A stretch of 63,215 nucleotides of DNA, counting the filler, from Dirinaria sp. TL-2023a (taxonomy: Eukaryota): assembly GCA_051941275.1 (NCBI GenBank). It is 23 parts of 23 records of this genome, joined end to end, with 100 filler letters (N's around TTAATTAATTAA, not from the genome) between each part and the next. Parts side by side here need not be neighbours in the genome. Positions count along the whole stretch, not along the records: positions 11,105 to 13,777 come from JAVEBF010002227.1; positions 13,878 to 16,549 come from JAVEBF010002228.1; positions 16,650 to 19,319 come from JAVEBF010002229.1; positions 19,420 to 22,089 come from JAVEBF010002230.1; positions 22,190 to 24,855 come from JAVEBF010002231.1; 18 more parts are not named here. The stretch is one strand, 5' to 3'. How positions within the stretch are numbered: the first letter of the stretch is position 1; each line of letters opens with the position of its first letter. The position numbers and the translations under genes are program-made. Under the pieces are notes generated by a model. The model was given only the letters and a program-made list of their open reading frames with translations. It was not told the origin of the DNA and did not search any database. Below, piece after piece: positions 11,197 to 23,329 of this stretch.

Positions 11197-13359
11197 TCAG
11201 GCGCCTCGCCGCCCTTTCTTGCCCGGGAAATCCACTTCCGGGTGCACGACCCGCATGTGCCTGGTTAAGGCATCGTTCCTCGAGAAGGTCTTCTCCTCCG
11301 TACACAGCCGGCAGCGCACCTTTTGTTTCCGGTTGTTGTGGATCGTATCCTCGTGCCGTGTCAGGTCGTAGGTTCTGCTGAACACGGTGTTGCAGGGCTT
11401 GCCCGTCGAAGGGTTGGTCCGCTCGCACTTGTGCGGGCCGCTTTGTTGATTGCGGCTCAGCGCTCCGGCAGATGAGGAGGGGAAAGTAGCCGACGTAGGC
11501 GTGTGAGTGGCGGACGAAGGAGCATAGGGTGTTAACGGTGTACGTGGCGGCGAGGAAGGGTGCGCGTCGCGCCGGTGTTTTTGCAGCTTGGCGGCCGTGT
11601 CGAAGCGGGCGGAGCACGAGGGTGCGGTGCATGTGTAGGTTCCTGCGGAGGCGGATGTGTCGGCGGGACGTTGAACGATCGGTGAGGATGAAGGGGGTGA
11701 CTGTTGTGATGATTGCTGAGAGGAGTCCGTGGATATGGGCAGGCCGTGCATGTTGTTCTGGTAGAACCGTTCGGGTTGGGAAGTTTCGGATTTGGTAGAT
11801 TCCATCGAGGTGAGGTGCGCAGGAAACTCGGGGACTTGGTCGGAGGTGCTTCGTAAGCTGCTTTGACGGCGGGCCATGAAGGGGTACTGTTGGGGCACTT
11901 GGGTGGTGGGGATTGAGGGAGGCATGAAGGTATAATTGCTGGTGGTCTGGGAGGAGGCGGTCGATGAGGGATAATTGGAAGTGGAGTGTTGATTGGCGAC
12001 AGCTTTATGACTGTCGAGAGCCTCGTGTTTGAGATTGCCTATTGCGGATTGCTTCGGTCGCTTCTGCCGTTGGTCCTGATGAGGGAAGAGGGGCATGTTG
12101 GCGTTGGCGTCCTCATCCGGTTCGTTGTAATCGAGCAAGGCCTCTTTTGGCGAAATAGTCTTGGGTGGGACTAAATCGTCATTACGCGGTTGATGCTGAG
12201 CCAGAGCGATTGCATCCGATTCGGCTTTGGCTTGTTCTCGCATTCGCGCGGCGGAGTTTAAGCGAGTGGCGGGCGAATGTGGGTTCGAGGCCACGCCCGA
12301 AAATCCGTCCGACGCATACTCCGAGTTTTCACGAAATGGCGACTTCTCTCGCGAGATACTCGATGACGGCGATGCTTCGCGTGCCTGGTTGGCTTCTTGC
12401 AAGCGCTCCGAAAACACACTTCGGTACGGAGACAGGAGGTGTTTGTGCTGATTGGCCGCGTGTTGCGACCGTGCTGCCGCCACTGGCGCTGCCTGTGCCA
12501 GCGATGGCTGGTAGAGCTCATCTTGATACGCATCCGTCAATGTTCGACTGAACTTGGGCACGTTGGATGCGTTTTCCGCCGAACCGTTGCAACCTTCACC
12601 GTACGACATGTCTGACATCTCTCCGTGCGCCGATGTGTTTCCACCATGTCCTGCCAGCGCCTGCTTCATTGCCGCCTGGGTTGCCATGAGCGTGTCTGCA
12701 TTGTATGTGGACGGGTTGTAGCTCTCAAAAGCTGGCGCAAAGAAGCCCTCATTCGTGCCTTGGGCAGGGGCGGATGCCGATTTAGGAAACACAAAGGCGC
12801 TGTCGAAGGCCTCCAGTCGTGGAGAGGTGCCGGTGACGGAATCTTCTGTATCGACGATGTAGGGAGTCGCGTACGTCTGTGTGTATGGAGAATCTGGCCC
12901 GGTGGATCCGATCGAAGAACCTGACGAGAGCCTCTTGTGCGCCCTATACGAAGGCACGCTATGCTGATACCGGTCTCGAGGGTTGAGATGGTAGGTGTTC
13001 GTGAACTCCCACTCTGTTCCACTGGCAGAATAGTTCCCCAGCATCGATGAAGCGGGTTTGTGAGCTGACTGTGCCACCCTCTGGTTCGGTGTCGATGACT
13101 GCACACGAATCGGGGGGTTCTGGTATTGACCTGTCGTCATGTATTGTGATAGGGAGGGCGGAAGAGCAAAATGGTCTGATGGTGTCGACTGCCTTGAGTA
13201 GACGGGACGATCGAATAGTGAGAGATACGTTGGAGAATCGAAAGTCGAAGGATCTGGTGATGGGGAATAGTCGAGAGGGATCGGATTCGCAGTCGATGAT
13301 GAAGATGATAGTTGCAGATCTACTGGTCGATGATGTCTTCTAGAATCATGGACTAGCAT
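11197..13359 (-). CDS. RPN4: Proteasome-gene transcription factor Rpn4 (C2H2)
   Basis: 720-aa ORF ending CERTNPSTGKPCNTVFSRTYDLTRHEDTIH...CRLCTEEKTFSRNDALTRHMRVVH, matching the Rpn4 finger pair (FSRxYDLTRH...KTFSRxDALTRH). Confidence 0.88.
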   Translation of the reverse strand: MLVHDSRRHHRPVDLQLSSSSSTANPIPLDYSPSPDPSTFDSPTYLSLFDRPVYSRQSTPSDHFALPPSLSQYMTTGQYQNPPIRVQSSTPNQRVAQSAHKPASSMLGNYSASGTEWEFTNTYHLNPRDRYQHSVPSYRAHKRLSSGSSIGSTGPDSPYTQTYATPYIVDTEDSVTGTSPRLEAFDSAFVFPKSASAPAQGTNEGFFAPAFESYNPSTYNADTLMATQAAMKQALAGHGGNTSAHGEMSDMSYGEGCNGSAENASNVPKFSRTLTDAYQDELYQPSLAQAAPVAAARSQHAANQHKHLLSPYRSVFSERLQEANQAREASPSSSISREKSPFRENSEYASDGFSGVASNPHSPATRLNSAARMREQAKAESDAIALAQHQPRNDDLVPPKTISPKEALLDYNEPDEDANANMPLFPHQDQRQKRPKQSAIGNLKHEALDSHKAVANQHSTSNYPSSTASSQTTSNYTFMPPSIPTTQVPQQYPFMARRQSSLRSTSDQVPEFPAHLTSMESTKSETSQPERFYQNNMHGLPISTDSSQQSSQQSPPSSSPIVQRPADTSASAGTYTCTAPSCSARFDTAAKLQKHRRDAHPSSPPRTPLTPYAPSSATHTPTSATFPSSSAGALSRNQQSGPHKCERTNPSTGKPCNTVFSRTYDLTRHEDTIHNNRKQKVRCRLCTEEKTFSRNDALTRHMRVVHPEVDFPGKKGRRGA

Positions 13360-13998
13360 GCTTTGGTATGAGCGGCAACCGGAACCGACGCTTGAGCGGA
13401 TAATAATAGGTAATGGACCTGGAAGGAATCCGAGTTGGGGTTCGAGCTGGTTGGGGGCTTCTTATACGATTTCGTGTTCTTGCTCGGTCTGCCGAGGAAA
13501 AAGATCTCGTGTTGTATGGACCGTTGGAATTTGGAAATAAATGTATGGGTGTCTTTGTAGGCTTAGACCGAAGACGAATTACTCATCCGATATTGATATG
13601 GCATCAATCGGACGAAAGTAAAAAGGCGGAACGGAAGAGTAATAAGCGATGAATAATAGTTTTCTCCCGTACTTTCTTGAAAGCTTTTCTTGGTACGAGT
13701 CAGTGGGGTAAAGCTAAAGCTAACATGAACATGACATTTGACGCGTTCTTTGCTTCATTGATAAAGGAATAGAATCCNNNNNNNNNNNNNNNNNNNNNNN
13801 NNNNNNNNNNNNNNNNNNNNNTTAATTAATTAANNNNNNNNNNNNNNNNNNNNNNNNNNNNNNNNNNNNNNNNNNNNGCATTAGACGAAGTTAGTGCTAA
13901 TGTTGTTCGTCTTTTACTACTAAACTAACTCCTCAATACATAGCTTTCAGAACAGACAGTTCCAACTTACTTGCCCATCAAGATTAAGATTATCAACG

Positions 13999-15580
13999 AT
14001 GACCAGCACAAGTGATAAGCACAGAAATGTCCAGAGCGGTGATGCTATTACACAAGACGTAAGTAATCCGAGCAAGAATCGGCAAAGGTACGGACATCCT
14101 ACGGAAACAATGAAGGCTCTGGTCTGGAAGGGGAAGGGTGATGTCCGGCTTATCGAAGTCGCCAAACCTATCCTCTTCGACGACAACAAACGAGATGTTA
14201 TTGTGCGGGTCACTGGTACCACGATCTGCGGCAGCGATCTGCATCTTCTACATGGCGCAATCGTACAATGCGAGGACGGAGACATTCTCGGGCACGAGTT
14301 CTGCGGCGTGGTCGAAGAAATTGGCGAGAATGCGAAGAACAATCCCAGCGGATTCAAAGTAGGGGATAGAGTTGTGGCAAGCTTCCAAATTGCTTGCGGA
14401 GAATGCTATTACTGCACGCAGAAGCTGTCCAGTCAGTGTGAGAAGACAAACTCGAATGAGACTGCGAGAGGCATGTATGGCGAACAGACGGCGGGCCTGT
14501 TCGGATACTCGCACTTCACTGGAGGCTTCGCCGGAGGCCAGGCAGAGTATGTGAGGGTGCCAAATGGTGACGTCAACTTACTACCTCTACCCGACAACGT
14601 TCCAGATGAGAAGGGTGAGCCATCTGTTAGCTTCCTGGGACCGCACTCGTGACACTGGGGCTGACTGGCATCTAGGCTTGTTCTTGTCAGATGTGCTTGC
14701 AACTGCATATCACTGCGTAGTAGATACTGGGGTGCGGGAGGGTGACATCGTAGGGATATGGGGTGCAGGTAAGCCCACGGAATTGCGTGCGAGCTTGTCT
14801 GACTTCCGTGACCAGGCCCTATTGGTCAGATGTGCGCGGATTACGCCTTCATGCAAGGGGCATCCCGAGTCATCATGGTGGACAATAATTGGCGTCTCCA
14901 ATACGTCAAGACGAAGCTCCCAAAAGTTGAGTGCGTGTTTTAGTTCAGGAGGTGGAAAAAGAGCTAACCTGAACTTGCATCGCCTCCTAGAACGCTTGAT
15001 TTCTCCACGACTAATGACGTTCCATCCACTCTTCGCCAGATGACCAAAGAGAATGGCGTCAATGGTGGTCTCAACGTCGCGCTTGAGTGTGCTGCCGGCG
15101 AATATGCCAAAACTCCTGAGCAGACTAAGAAACTCGCCGCCAGCATTGCCACCGACACGAGCGACATAGTTAACGAGATGATTAGATCTGTGAAGTCTTT
15201 TGGACGATGTGGTGTAACTGGCGTCTACGTTGGCTCCTGCGATGACTTTAACATTGGAAGTGTCATGGAACGCGGCATCAGATTTTTTGGGAACGGGCAG
15301 GCGCCAGTCCACATGTAAGTCAATCTAGACCTGCATATGTTTGATGATGTTAGAAATTTGCTAACACTGTCATTCCAGGTACTGGGAAGACCTTCTAAAA
15401 AAAATACAAGCGAAAGACATCGACCCTTTGAAAATGGTGAGCCACAGGTGCAAGCTCGAGGATATTGAGACCATATATAAGAGGTTCGATGCCCGGGAGG
15501 ATGGCTTGCAGAAGATCTTCATTCAAACACGGTTCTCGGAACCTCCATCTGCGGGCACTCCACAGCTAAGCGTGTACTAA
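13999..15580 (+). CDS. Zn-dependent medium-chain alcohol/formaldehyde dehydrogenase-like protein, 5 exons
   Basis: TTICGSDLH, ILGHEFCG, structural-Zn ACGECYYC...C, GYSHFTGGFAGGQAEYVRVP, LSDVLATAYH, IWGAG/PIG, GVYVG, GNGQAPVH. Introns at 14615-14675, ~14769-14814, ~14927-14989 and ~15315-15378; stop TAA at 15578-80. Confidence 0.92.
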
Positions 15581-15629
15581 GCAGAATGGCAACCTGAATC
15601 GGCATGATAAAGTTGATGTGTAGACATGA

Positions 15630-16010
15630 ATGACAGATCCAAACTCGTGTGAACCATCTACTCGTATGAAACGAGGTTACCCACGGTATTGGGAACGCGT
15701 GAGCATCGCTGACCTCCTCCGGCACGTGCACATCAGACAAACATATGTAACACCTGGCAGCACCCAGATACCACGAGGACATAGAGTTGATGGCCGTCTG
15801 CATCTCTTATTGTAAAGACTTGTCGATGCAGCCCGTGTCCACCCAGCTATACTCGATGCCATTTTCCGCCGCTCTGTCTACGCAGAAGAATATATTCTCG
15901 TAACCTGTATTGTCCTTGCCCGTGCCGGCTACTAGCTCATCATACGTGACTTCGTGGCCATCTGACCAGATATGCGAGAGTATGGCGTACGGAGGAGGAC
16001 GGTCATCATT
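15630..16010 (-). pseudogene. HET (heterokaryon incompatibility) domain remnant
   Basis: PPPYAILSHIWSDG...EYSWVDTGCIDKSLQ*EMQTAINSMSSWYLGAARCYICLSDV...SRWFTRVW. It has an in-frame stop and loses similarity after WFTR. Confidence 0.82.
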
Positions 16011-17038
16011 GACTGAGATGAGATGGAGGTCATCGGTCGTACGGACACCAATGGAGCTTGCGGCGCCGCGGTCTGTATGATTTTAACGAATCTTAATGAC
16101 GTGAACATTTCTGTGCCTCTTGCAAACTACAATCCACCGTGCAAACATGGAAGGTTGCCCAAATTGGAAAGCAGTCTTCCAGCGCAGCTTTGTGCTTGCA
16201 GCGTTTTTCTCATTTGTTAACAATTATTGAGAATTCCACCTCAGCTCTTTTGGCATGGTGTTCTGAGCCCAGGCTTCTATCAAGGTGCCATTTCGAAGCC
16301 TGGCTGATTCCGAGCATCCGTCAAGTTACTTTGGCAAAGATGGATAAAACCTCTCATCGAAACGTTTCCCTTATTAAAATATTGTATGACCACATCAATT
16401 GCCTATAGAATCCTATAGGAAGTGGCGAAGTCTAGGCAGCAGAAAAACATTAGAAGGCAGCTCAAGCCGAGATGGAGGGAGCCCATTTCAGGCTCCCACT
16501 TGCTGCGCCCCTGCACTGCCTCGTGCTCCCTCGGTGCTCCCCCATGCTCNNNNNNNNNNNNNNNNNNNNNNNNNNNNNNNNNNNNNNNNNNNNTTAATTA
16601 ATTAANNNNNNNNNNNNNNNNNNNNNNNNNNNNNNNNNNNNNNNNNNNNTGGAATCTTTGATTGGAGCAGCCTTTTGAGCGATGTAGCTTTGCGCAGCTC
16701 TGACGACGCTGTAGAGTGAGATGGATATACCATTTGTTTGCACTCTGCTGAGTCTTCAAGAACGACGCATGCATTCGCTGGCAGAGGGGGGCGAAAATAG
16801 CGCCGCAGCAAATCACAGAAGTCTATCCCAACGGAAGGTGCTAAATTTAAGACGATTGGGTTAGTAACGGGGCAAGCAAGACAAGGGTTTGGCGCCATAA
16901 ACCCTTCGAAAGATGTAAATCCCATATTCGTCTTCAACTTTTTTGATACTGGAATGGTGGTGGATTCGGCTTCAAAATGGCGTTTGATGGACCGCTCAAG
17001 CTCGATAGTACAAGCACTCCGGTTCTTAGAGGGAATAT

Positions 17039-17212
17039 TGAAGTGACTGAGCAACAGGTGCAATAACATGCATTGTATTGGTCTAAGTCTATCGAGTGTG
17101 TGGGTTCTACATAAGGTAGAAACCCCGAGGCAACCACGCTAGTGGGCGCTAAGCCCTAATAGGGCAACAGTGCCGAGCAACACATCTCAGGGGCAACACA
17201 TTTCCATGAACA
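17039..17212 (-). repeat. Copia 3' LTR (about 174 bp)
   Basis: Begins TGTTCA immediately after the PPT. The probable end ...CTTCA at 17039 is inferred; there is no second copy to confirm it. Confidence 0.6.
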
Positions 17213-19319
17213 CCCCCCCTAGATGTTTGCCTCCTGACCACCAAATTTCAATCTAATAACCACCGCTTTTGCATCTTCAATGCAGCATACCTAGCATGCC
17301 TAGGAACCTTCGAAATTTGACCCTGCTCAACGCCTTTGTAAGGCCGTCGGCGGCCATGCTGTCGGTCGACACATAGTCGAGTTGTATTTGCTTTGACTCA
17401 ACTGCCTCCCGTATTCAATGATACTTAACATCAATGTGCTTCGTGCGACGGTGATGTTCTGAATTTTCCGTCAATGCGATTGCGCCCTGATTATCTGCAA
17501 GCAGGGGCACTGGTGTGGTCGATGACATAGCGTGTAATTGCGTCAATAACGATCGGAGCCATATGGCCTCCTTTCCGGCTTCAGAAGTTGCAACATACTC
17601 GGCTTCACATGTTGACTGTGTAACTAGGTCCTGTCTCTTTGAGGTTCACGATACAGGTCCTCCTGATAAATAAAAGATGTAGGCACCTGTTGAACGGCGA
17701 CCGTCGACGGCCCCGGCATAGTCAGCGTCAGTATACCCTATCAGGGCATCATTTCCTTCATAATGAATGTCATAATCAAGCGTGTCTTTGACGTATTGAA
17801 GCACACGCGTAACTGCTTTAACATGTGTTGAATCCGGGTTGCTGCAATAGCGCGATAAGAGTGCAAGCGCAAATGCCAAATCGGGCCTCGTCATAGTTGC
17901 TGCGTACATTAACGAGTCAATCACTGATGCATATCAATAAACGATATCTTTATCTGTCTGATGATTCTTATCAGTAGGCATTGCAATGCTTGGAAAGCCT
18001 TCTTCCATAGGTGTAGAGACTGCTTTGCAATTGGCCATGCCAAAGCGGTCTAAAACAGCTTTCAAATAAGTCGTTTGATTCAATGTGATTCGATTGTTTG
18101 CGCACGTGATTGACATGCTCAGGTAGTGCGAAATCTGCCCTAGGTCGGTCATCTTATACTGCTTTTGCAATTGCTCTTTAATGTGTCGCAAGTGTCCCCC
18201 ATCTGACCCAATCAGTAGTATGTCATCGACATAGACGCATATAAACGTAGTGTGGTCCTTGTCCACGAAAACTGAAGCGTCGGCTGCGGTAGAGGTAAAG
18301 TCTAGACTCTGAAGAAACTTCTGAATGACTTCATATCACACACGAGGTGACTGCCTAAGACCGTATAAAGCCTTCTGAAGCTCACACACTAGTGTAGGAT
18401 CTTTGATAAAATCGTCCGATTGTGTAACATAGATGACTTCATCTAAGAAGTCATATAGAAAAGCGGTTACAACATTCATTTGATAGATGTACAGACCGCG
18501 GGCGCCTGCCAGCGCAAACAGCGCACGAAATGAGGCGGGCTTGACTACATCTGCCCAAGTTGCTGTAAAGTCAACATCTGCAGTTTGCTTGTAGCCGTGT
18601 ACAACTCATCTTGTCTTGTATTTCAATATGTTGTCATCTAGGCCATACTTTATCTTGAAAACTCATCGATCGGTGATCACATGACGATCCTTAGGTAACT
18701 TAGTCAGCACTCACGTGCCATTTTCAATGTGTGAGGCAATTTCAATCTTCATGGCTTTCTGCCAATGTGGTCAATCAGGTGATCGACGTGCCTTCTTATA
18801 CGAGATAGGCTCGGTATGTGGTAATCTCAATGTGCGTGTAGCACGTGCACTGGCAAGCCCTAAGCCCTCGTCTATTGATAATGCACTTAGGATTCTCATC
18901 ATGTGTGCTTCACTCTTGCTCTTTCCACCCTTATGGATTTCTTTATAGTCAGGTCGTTGCGACTCATTCGCGGCAGAGCGAGTCTTTCTATCGCTAGGTG
19001 GTGGTAGGGGTGCTTTACCTCGTCGTCGCGGAGGTTTGTTTACTTCAGGATCAGGTGAAGCGGGCTCTGATGCAGGACCGGGATCAGTTTGGGGCTCAGT
19101 TTGCGGCTCAACTTGCCTTGGTTCAGTATGCTGAGTAGGAGGAGGCATTGTATTGCCAGGTAACAGGTCTTCATGAGCAACGTCATCGGCATCTGTTTGA
19201 TGATCTAACACATCTTGAAAGTCATCGTCAGAGTCATCGCCATCGTCATCGTCATGATCATGCGTGTCTGACGATGTGAGGTATGCTCTCTCTGTCAAAG
19301 ACCCAACCTTGGTTAGATA
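17039..19319 (-). mobile_element. Ty1/Copia LTR retrotransposon, 3' part (RT, RNase H, PPT, 3' LTR), inactivated
   Basis: ALYGLRQSPRV*, ICVYVDDILL, TRPDLAFA, GYTDADYAG, STCEAEY, RTKHIDVKYH*, MAADGLTK. Pol stop at 17277-79; PPT AGGGGGGG at 17213-20; 8 internal TGA stops. Confidence 0.96.
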
Positions 19320-20189
19320 NNNNNNNNNNNNNNNNNNNNNNNNNNNNNNNNNNNNNNNNNNNNTTAATTAATTAANNNNNNNNNNNNNNNNNNNNNNNNN
19401 NNNNNNNNNNNNNNNNNNNGCGTTAGCAGCATTTTAAGAATTTGCGAAATATATACTAATAGTCGTGTGCTTTTTGGGCAAGTTCGTACTGATCTTCTAT
19501 ATTGACTTTACCGCGTAGAAGATTCGACAATACGTTGAAGGCTGCGATAACAGCTGCTCGGTTTACTGACTTCTTCGCAGCTAAGATCTCTGAATGCTTA
19601 GACGGATGACATGCGAGAATTCTGTCTGCGGTCTGTTTGTGGAGTTCACAGAAGGAGACTTTGTTATCTTCTTTGTACAGCTTGACTGCAGACTCGATCA
19701 AGCAGAAAAGATAGAGCGTAAGATAGAGTAAAAGATAAACCGCAATCGCGGTCATTGCAATTTTTGCTTGAGGAAGATAACAATTTATTAGTTCGATGCC
19801 TGCGATGAATCGAAATAATTGATGTGATATCGATGAAGCTTTGATTATGATATAGTTCTGTGAGACGATTTGCAGACTCAAATGATTTTCGTGTTCGTAT
19901 TACAAGCCTGCGAGACATCATTTAATAGTATCTGCTTCAAGAGCATTCTTTTCGGTTTTTGCATCCGCGTCTTGCTCCTCATTCGCATGTGCCTCATTGG
20001 ATGAAGCTGGGGCCGTGGGGTGCAATTCTAGTTTGGAGTGGGAGGAACTCGCAAGCCATTTCTAGATGTTGTTAATATTCTGATCGTGCATTTTCTATTG
20101 AGCCAAAAAAGCTTGTACCCGTCAAACAGTTCACTTTTCCACTTTTTTGGATCAAAACAGTATATGAAAGGATGGGAATGTCACTTACC

Positions 20190-21045
20190 CCACTGACTAC
20201 GGTAAAGTCCAAATTTGAACCTTCTCATCCCTTCATGACGTGGGATAGACGCTCTTTGATAGCGGATACCATTTCTTCTGATTTGGAAATATCTTCTGCC
20301 AGGGAGTCATAATGTCGGACTAATTTACGTACGAGATTTACGTCATACAACGTTCAATAAACTTTATTGCATTATGAGAGAATAATACGATTGTGTTCGT
20401 GACGTAATAATCAACGTACTCTGTTATTAAACGACTGACTGCTATTTCTTAATGCTGTAAATGACATGTAGAAACTGTGCAACACTAGAGTTGTCGATGA
20501 TCATTGAAAAGAGAAAAACAACGACATCAAGCTGACATTACTAAGTCACGTTTCTTTTTAAAAACGAGAGAAAAAGACACTGATTTCGTCAAAGTAAACA
20601 GTCTTCGATCGTTCGTCATCATTGACGATAAAGTTTTTTTCTCGATAAATCTTTTTACAGCGTTCGATCTCTTGCTTCAGTTAATTCTTGACTAACATCT
20701 CAGAGTTCGTTTTCGCTGATGTTGTCTCAGTCTTTAGCGCGAAATTCTCATGATCGACATGAGACGTTTCGAATCTCTTCTCAACAGCGTTCACTGATTC
20801 AGTGATAGTACTGTCTCGTAAAACAGTCGATGACTCGATTGTATTTGAAAGAAACGATCTAGACGTTAAGCGTGATCGTTGCTTTGAGAATGAGAGACCG
20901 ATCGCTGATATTGACTCACGCGATCTTGTTGTCATCTTTGAGAATTGTGTCATATTGACAGAGTCATGATTAAATTGCGTCTTTTTTGATTTGATGTTGT
21001 TTTTACGTTAATTTTTTCGTCATGTTTCTTCTCTGAGTTCCGTCA
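20190..21045 (-). pseudogene. Hypermutated Ulp1/C48 peptidase-like sequence, probably transposon-borne
   Basis: RIILS*CNKVY*TLYDVNLVRKLVRHYDSL back-mutates to IILPW...HWTLYDV...YDSL. The region is CC/GG-depleted; a GTAAGT donor lies at ~20189. Confidence 0.55.
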
Positions 21046-23329
21046 TTAAGCTTTTCAGACTGTCGAGAAACATGATATAATGCTCTCTTGAATTATGTTT
21101 CGAATACATGAAGAGAATCTTTTCTATCTCACTCAATGTCTGCACACGAATTAGTTGAGAAATGAATTAGAGAAATGCTATATACGAGAGCTAATTTTTT
21201 CGAAATCTGACTTATTCTATACTGCAAGTGAAATGGATTGATCTGAACATTTTGAGATAAAGAGTGTTAGGTCACATGACAGTACTTTTTTGCGTTCAGC
21301 ACAAAAAAATACTGTCATCTGACGCGACACAGCAAATGCGCGCATTCGAAAAAGACCTTATGCTGCATTACTTCGAAAGGATTTCTGACATCAGAGAAGC
21401 TCTTTTGAGTGATATTGAGGCTGAGAAAGCCTTCAGGCCTTCTCAAAGGCGCAGCTGACGTCGGAAACATCCTTCAATCCTACAGACCCAAATTTTCTGA
21501 TATTCAGAACGGAGAGGCTTGGGCGCGTACCTTGGTTCAAACGCTGGACGGGATGAAAGAGGCTAAGCACTGCACTAGCGGGGAATAAATCGTCAATCGG
21601 GACTCTTCGATCTCAAAATCAGACCCTTGCAACTGTGCGTAGGATTCTCACAAGGCACGGACGCGGTCATTCGGAGAAAGGCAATGCATGCCAACTACCG
21701 CGTCAACGTGCGCCATAAAATTTGCGCTAGAGGCTACGTAAAAAGAGCATATCATGATCTGCATTGCATCTTGGAGATCGAATACTCTAGCTGAAGGGTA
21801 CATTTCGTATTCTACTACTTCAAACATTTAGTGATGCGCTTCTCCAAGAACTTTGAGTCGGAGAATAGAACACGTTCTATGACTGCGTCATTCTTCGTGT
21901 GATCGCAGAATCTTTGAGATTACGCGCTACTGCAACTTCAAATACCCGAGCAGTGATAGACAGCATATTTTATGTGACACAAGGAATATAGGATATTGGG
22001 TTCTTTTCACTCATTGAGGTCAGGTTGGCGTCACAATTGAGGCCGAGCTACTGCACTGAGGCCTTTTTCAGAGTTCAACACACGAATGANNNNNNNNNNN
22101 NNNNNNNNNNNNNNNNNNNNNNNNNNNNNNNNNTTAATTAATTAANNNNNNNNNNNNNNNNNNNNNNNNNNNNNNNNNNNNNNNNNNNNGAGCCACTAAC
22201 GCAGCTACGAAAAGACCAATCGAATACGCTTTATCTATGAGAAAGGATTTCAAATAGCTCTCGCTAAACAGAGACATCCCTCCTATTTTGATACTCTTAC
22301 ACTAGACCTATTCAAGTAGTGCCTAGACCCAATCGGGTATAAAACACCTCGGATATACACTAAGCGAATTTTCCATGGAGGTCAGCGAGATGACATACAG
22401 GATGACGAGAGAAGGTTCAAATTTTTAGATAGATGAGAGTGCCATTTCATACACATTTCTCACGGCTTCTCTAGAGCTCTCAAGAGTATTTCAAAACCTA
22501 AAACATCTTTTTAAAACTCAGAAAGCATGCATGATATCGTCTAATTCACATGAAGAAAGTCGATAGTATAGCAGCTGAAATCTCAGAAACTGCCGTATTG
22601 TTAGATCTTCGACGAGACGATCTGACTTCGCTGTCATTCTAAATCTCGTCGTCGTCTCGAAACGTTATATGCTTGTCTGATCGTCTTTCAATTGACTATT
22701 CAGCATCATTTGCATTGAAAAAATGATAATTCTGATATGCGTTCAAACGCTGATAATTTCTCTTTTGTACAATTTTCGAAGATCTTCTGTCGCTTCTTCA
22801 ATTTATTTCTCACTTCAGAAGATCTATTTTTGAGCTTGCACACGACAAGCTCATTATATCTAATGTAATTCGACTTTTGCTCAAATTTAATATTAGCGAT
22901 CGTAGAACGAGAAGACAGAACTGAACTAAATAGTAGAGAAACTGAAGATGATCGAAATAGAGATGATGATGATGATGATGAAAATGATGAAAGTGAAGAC
23001 GTTGCTGATATCTGAATAATGAAATCTGCTAACTCATTAACTTCATCGTTGTCGATAGTGATCGTAACTCGATCAGTACTTGTTATGATTACTGTATTGC
23101 TTCTCACTGATTTGATAAATTGTCAATGAGAATGCGCATTCTCGAGAAATACAGCTTCACTCGCGATCGAAGACAGAGCGACATTAAATTAAATAGAAAC
23201 TTGCTCTTCAAAATGAAAGAGCATACACTACTCGTCAAGTATAGATTCGATGATCTCGAAAATCGCGAGAAAACGAAAGTCACTAGAGAGTAAATCTGTT
23301 AAAGAAAATGAACGTTGACAGAATAGATT

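Noticed and set aside
11529..13343. Many antisense or alternate-frame ORFs over RPN4 (likewise over RPN10, RPL7 and the nucleotidase)
   Set aside because: Shadow ORFs of GC-rich coding sequence with no independent motifs.
519..13359. RPN10 and its regulator RPN4 as a proteasome gene cluster
   Set aside because: They lie on different contigs placed near each other only by length sorting.
16650..17069. 155-aa ORF beside the Copia LTR
   Set aside because: It starts inside the LTR and is cut by the contig end; it may be a disrupted host gene but is unidentifiable.
17277..18773. Alternative genetic code (TGA=Trp) or stop readthrough in the Copia pol
   Set aside because: TGG codons coexist in the same frame, parallel GG>GA missense changes hit conserved Gly/Asp, and nuclear genes here (RPN4, the F-box gene) end in TGA. 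Mutation explains all of it.
20211..22425. Shared 16-mer GAGAAGGTTCAAATTT in inverted orientation in contigs 8 and 9
   Set aside because: Similarity does not extend convincingly and spans a spacer, so it cannot be a TIR pair.
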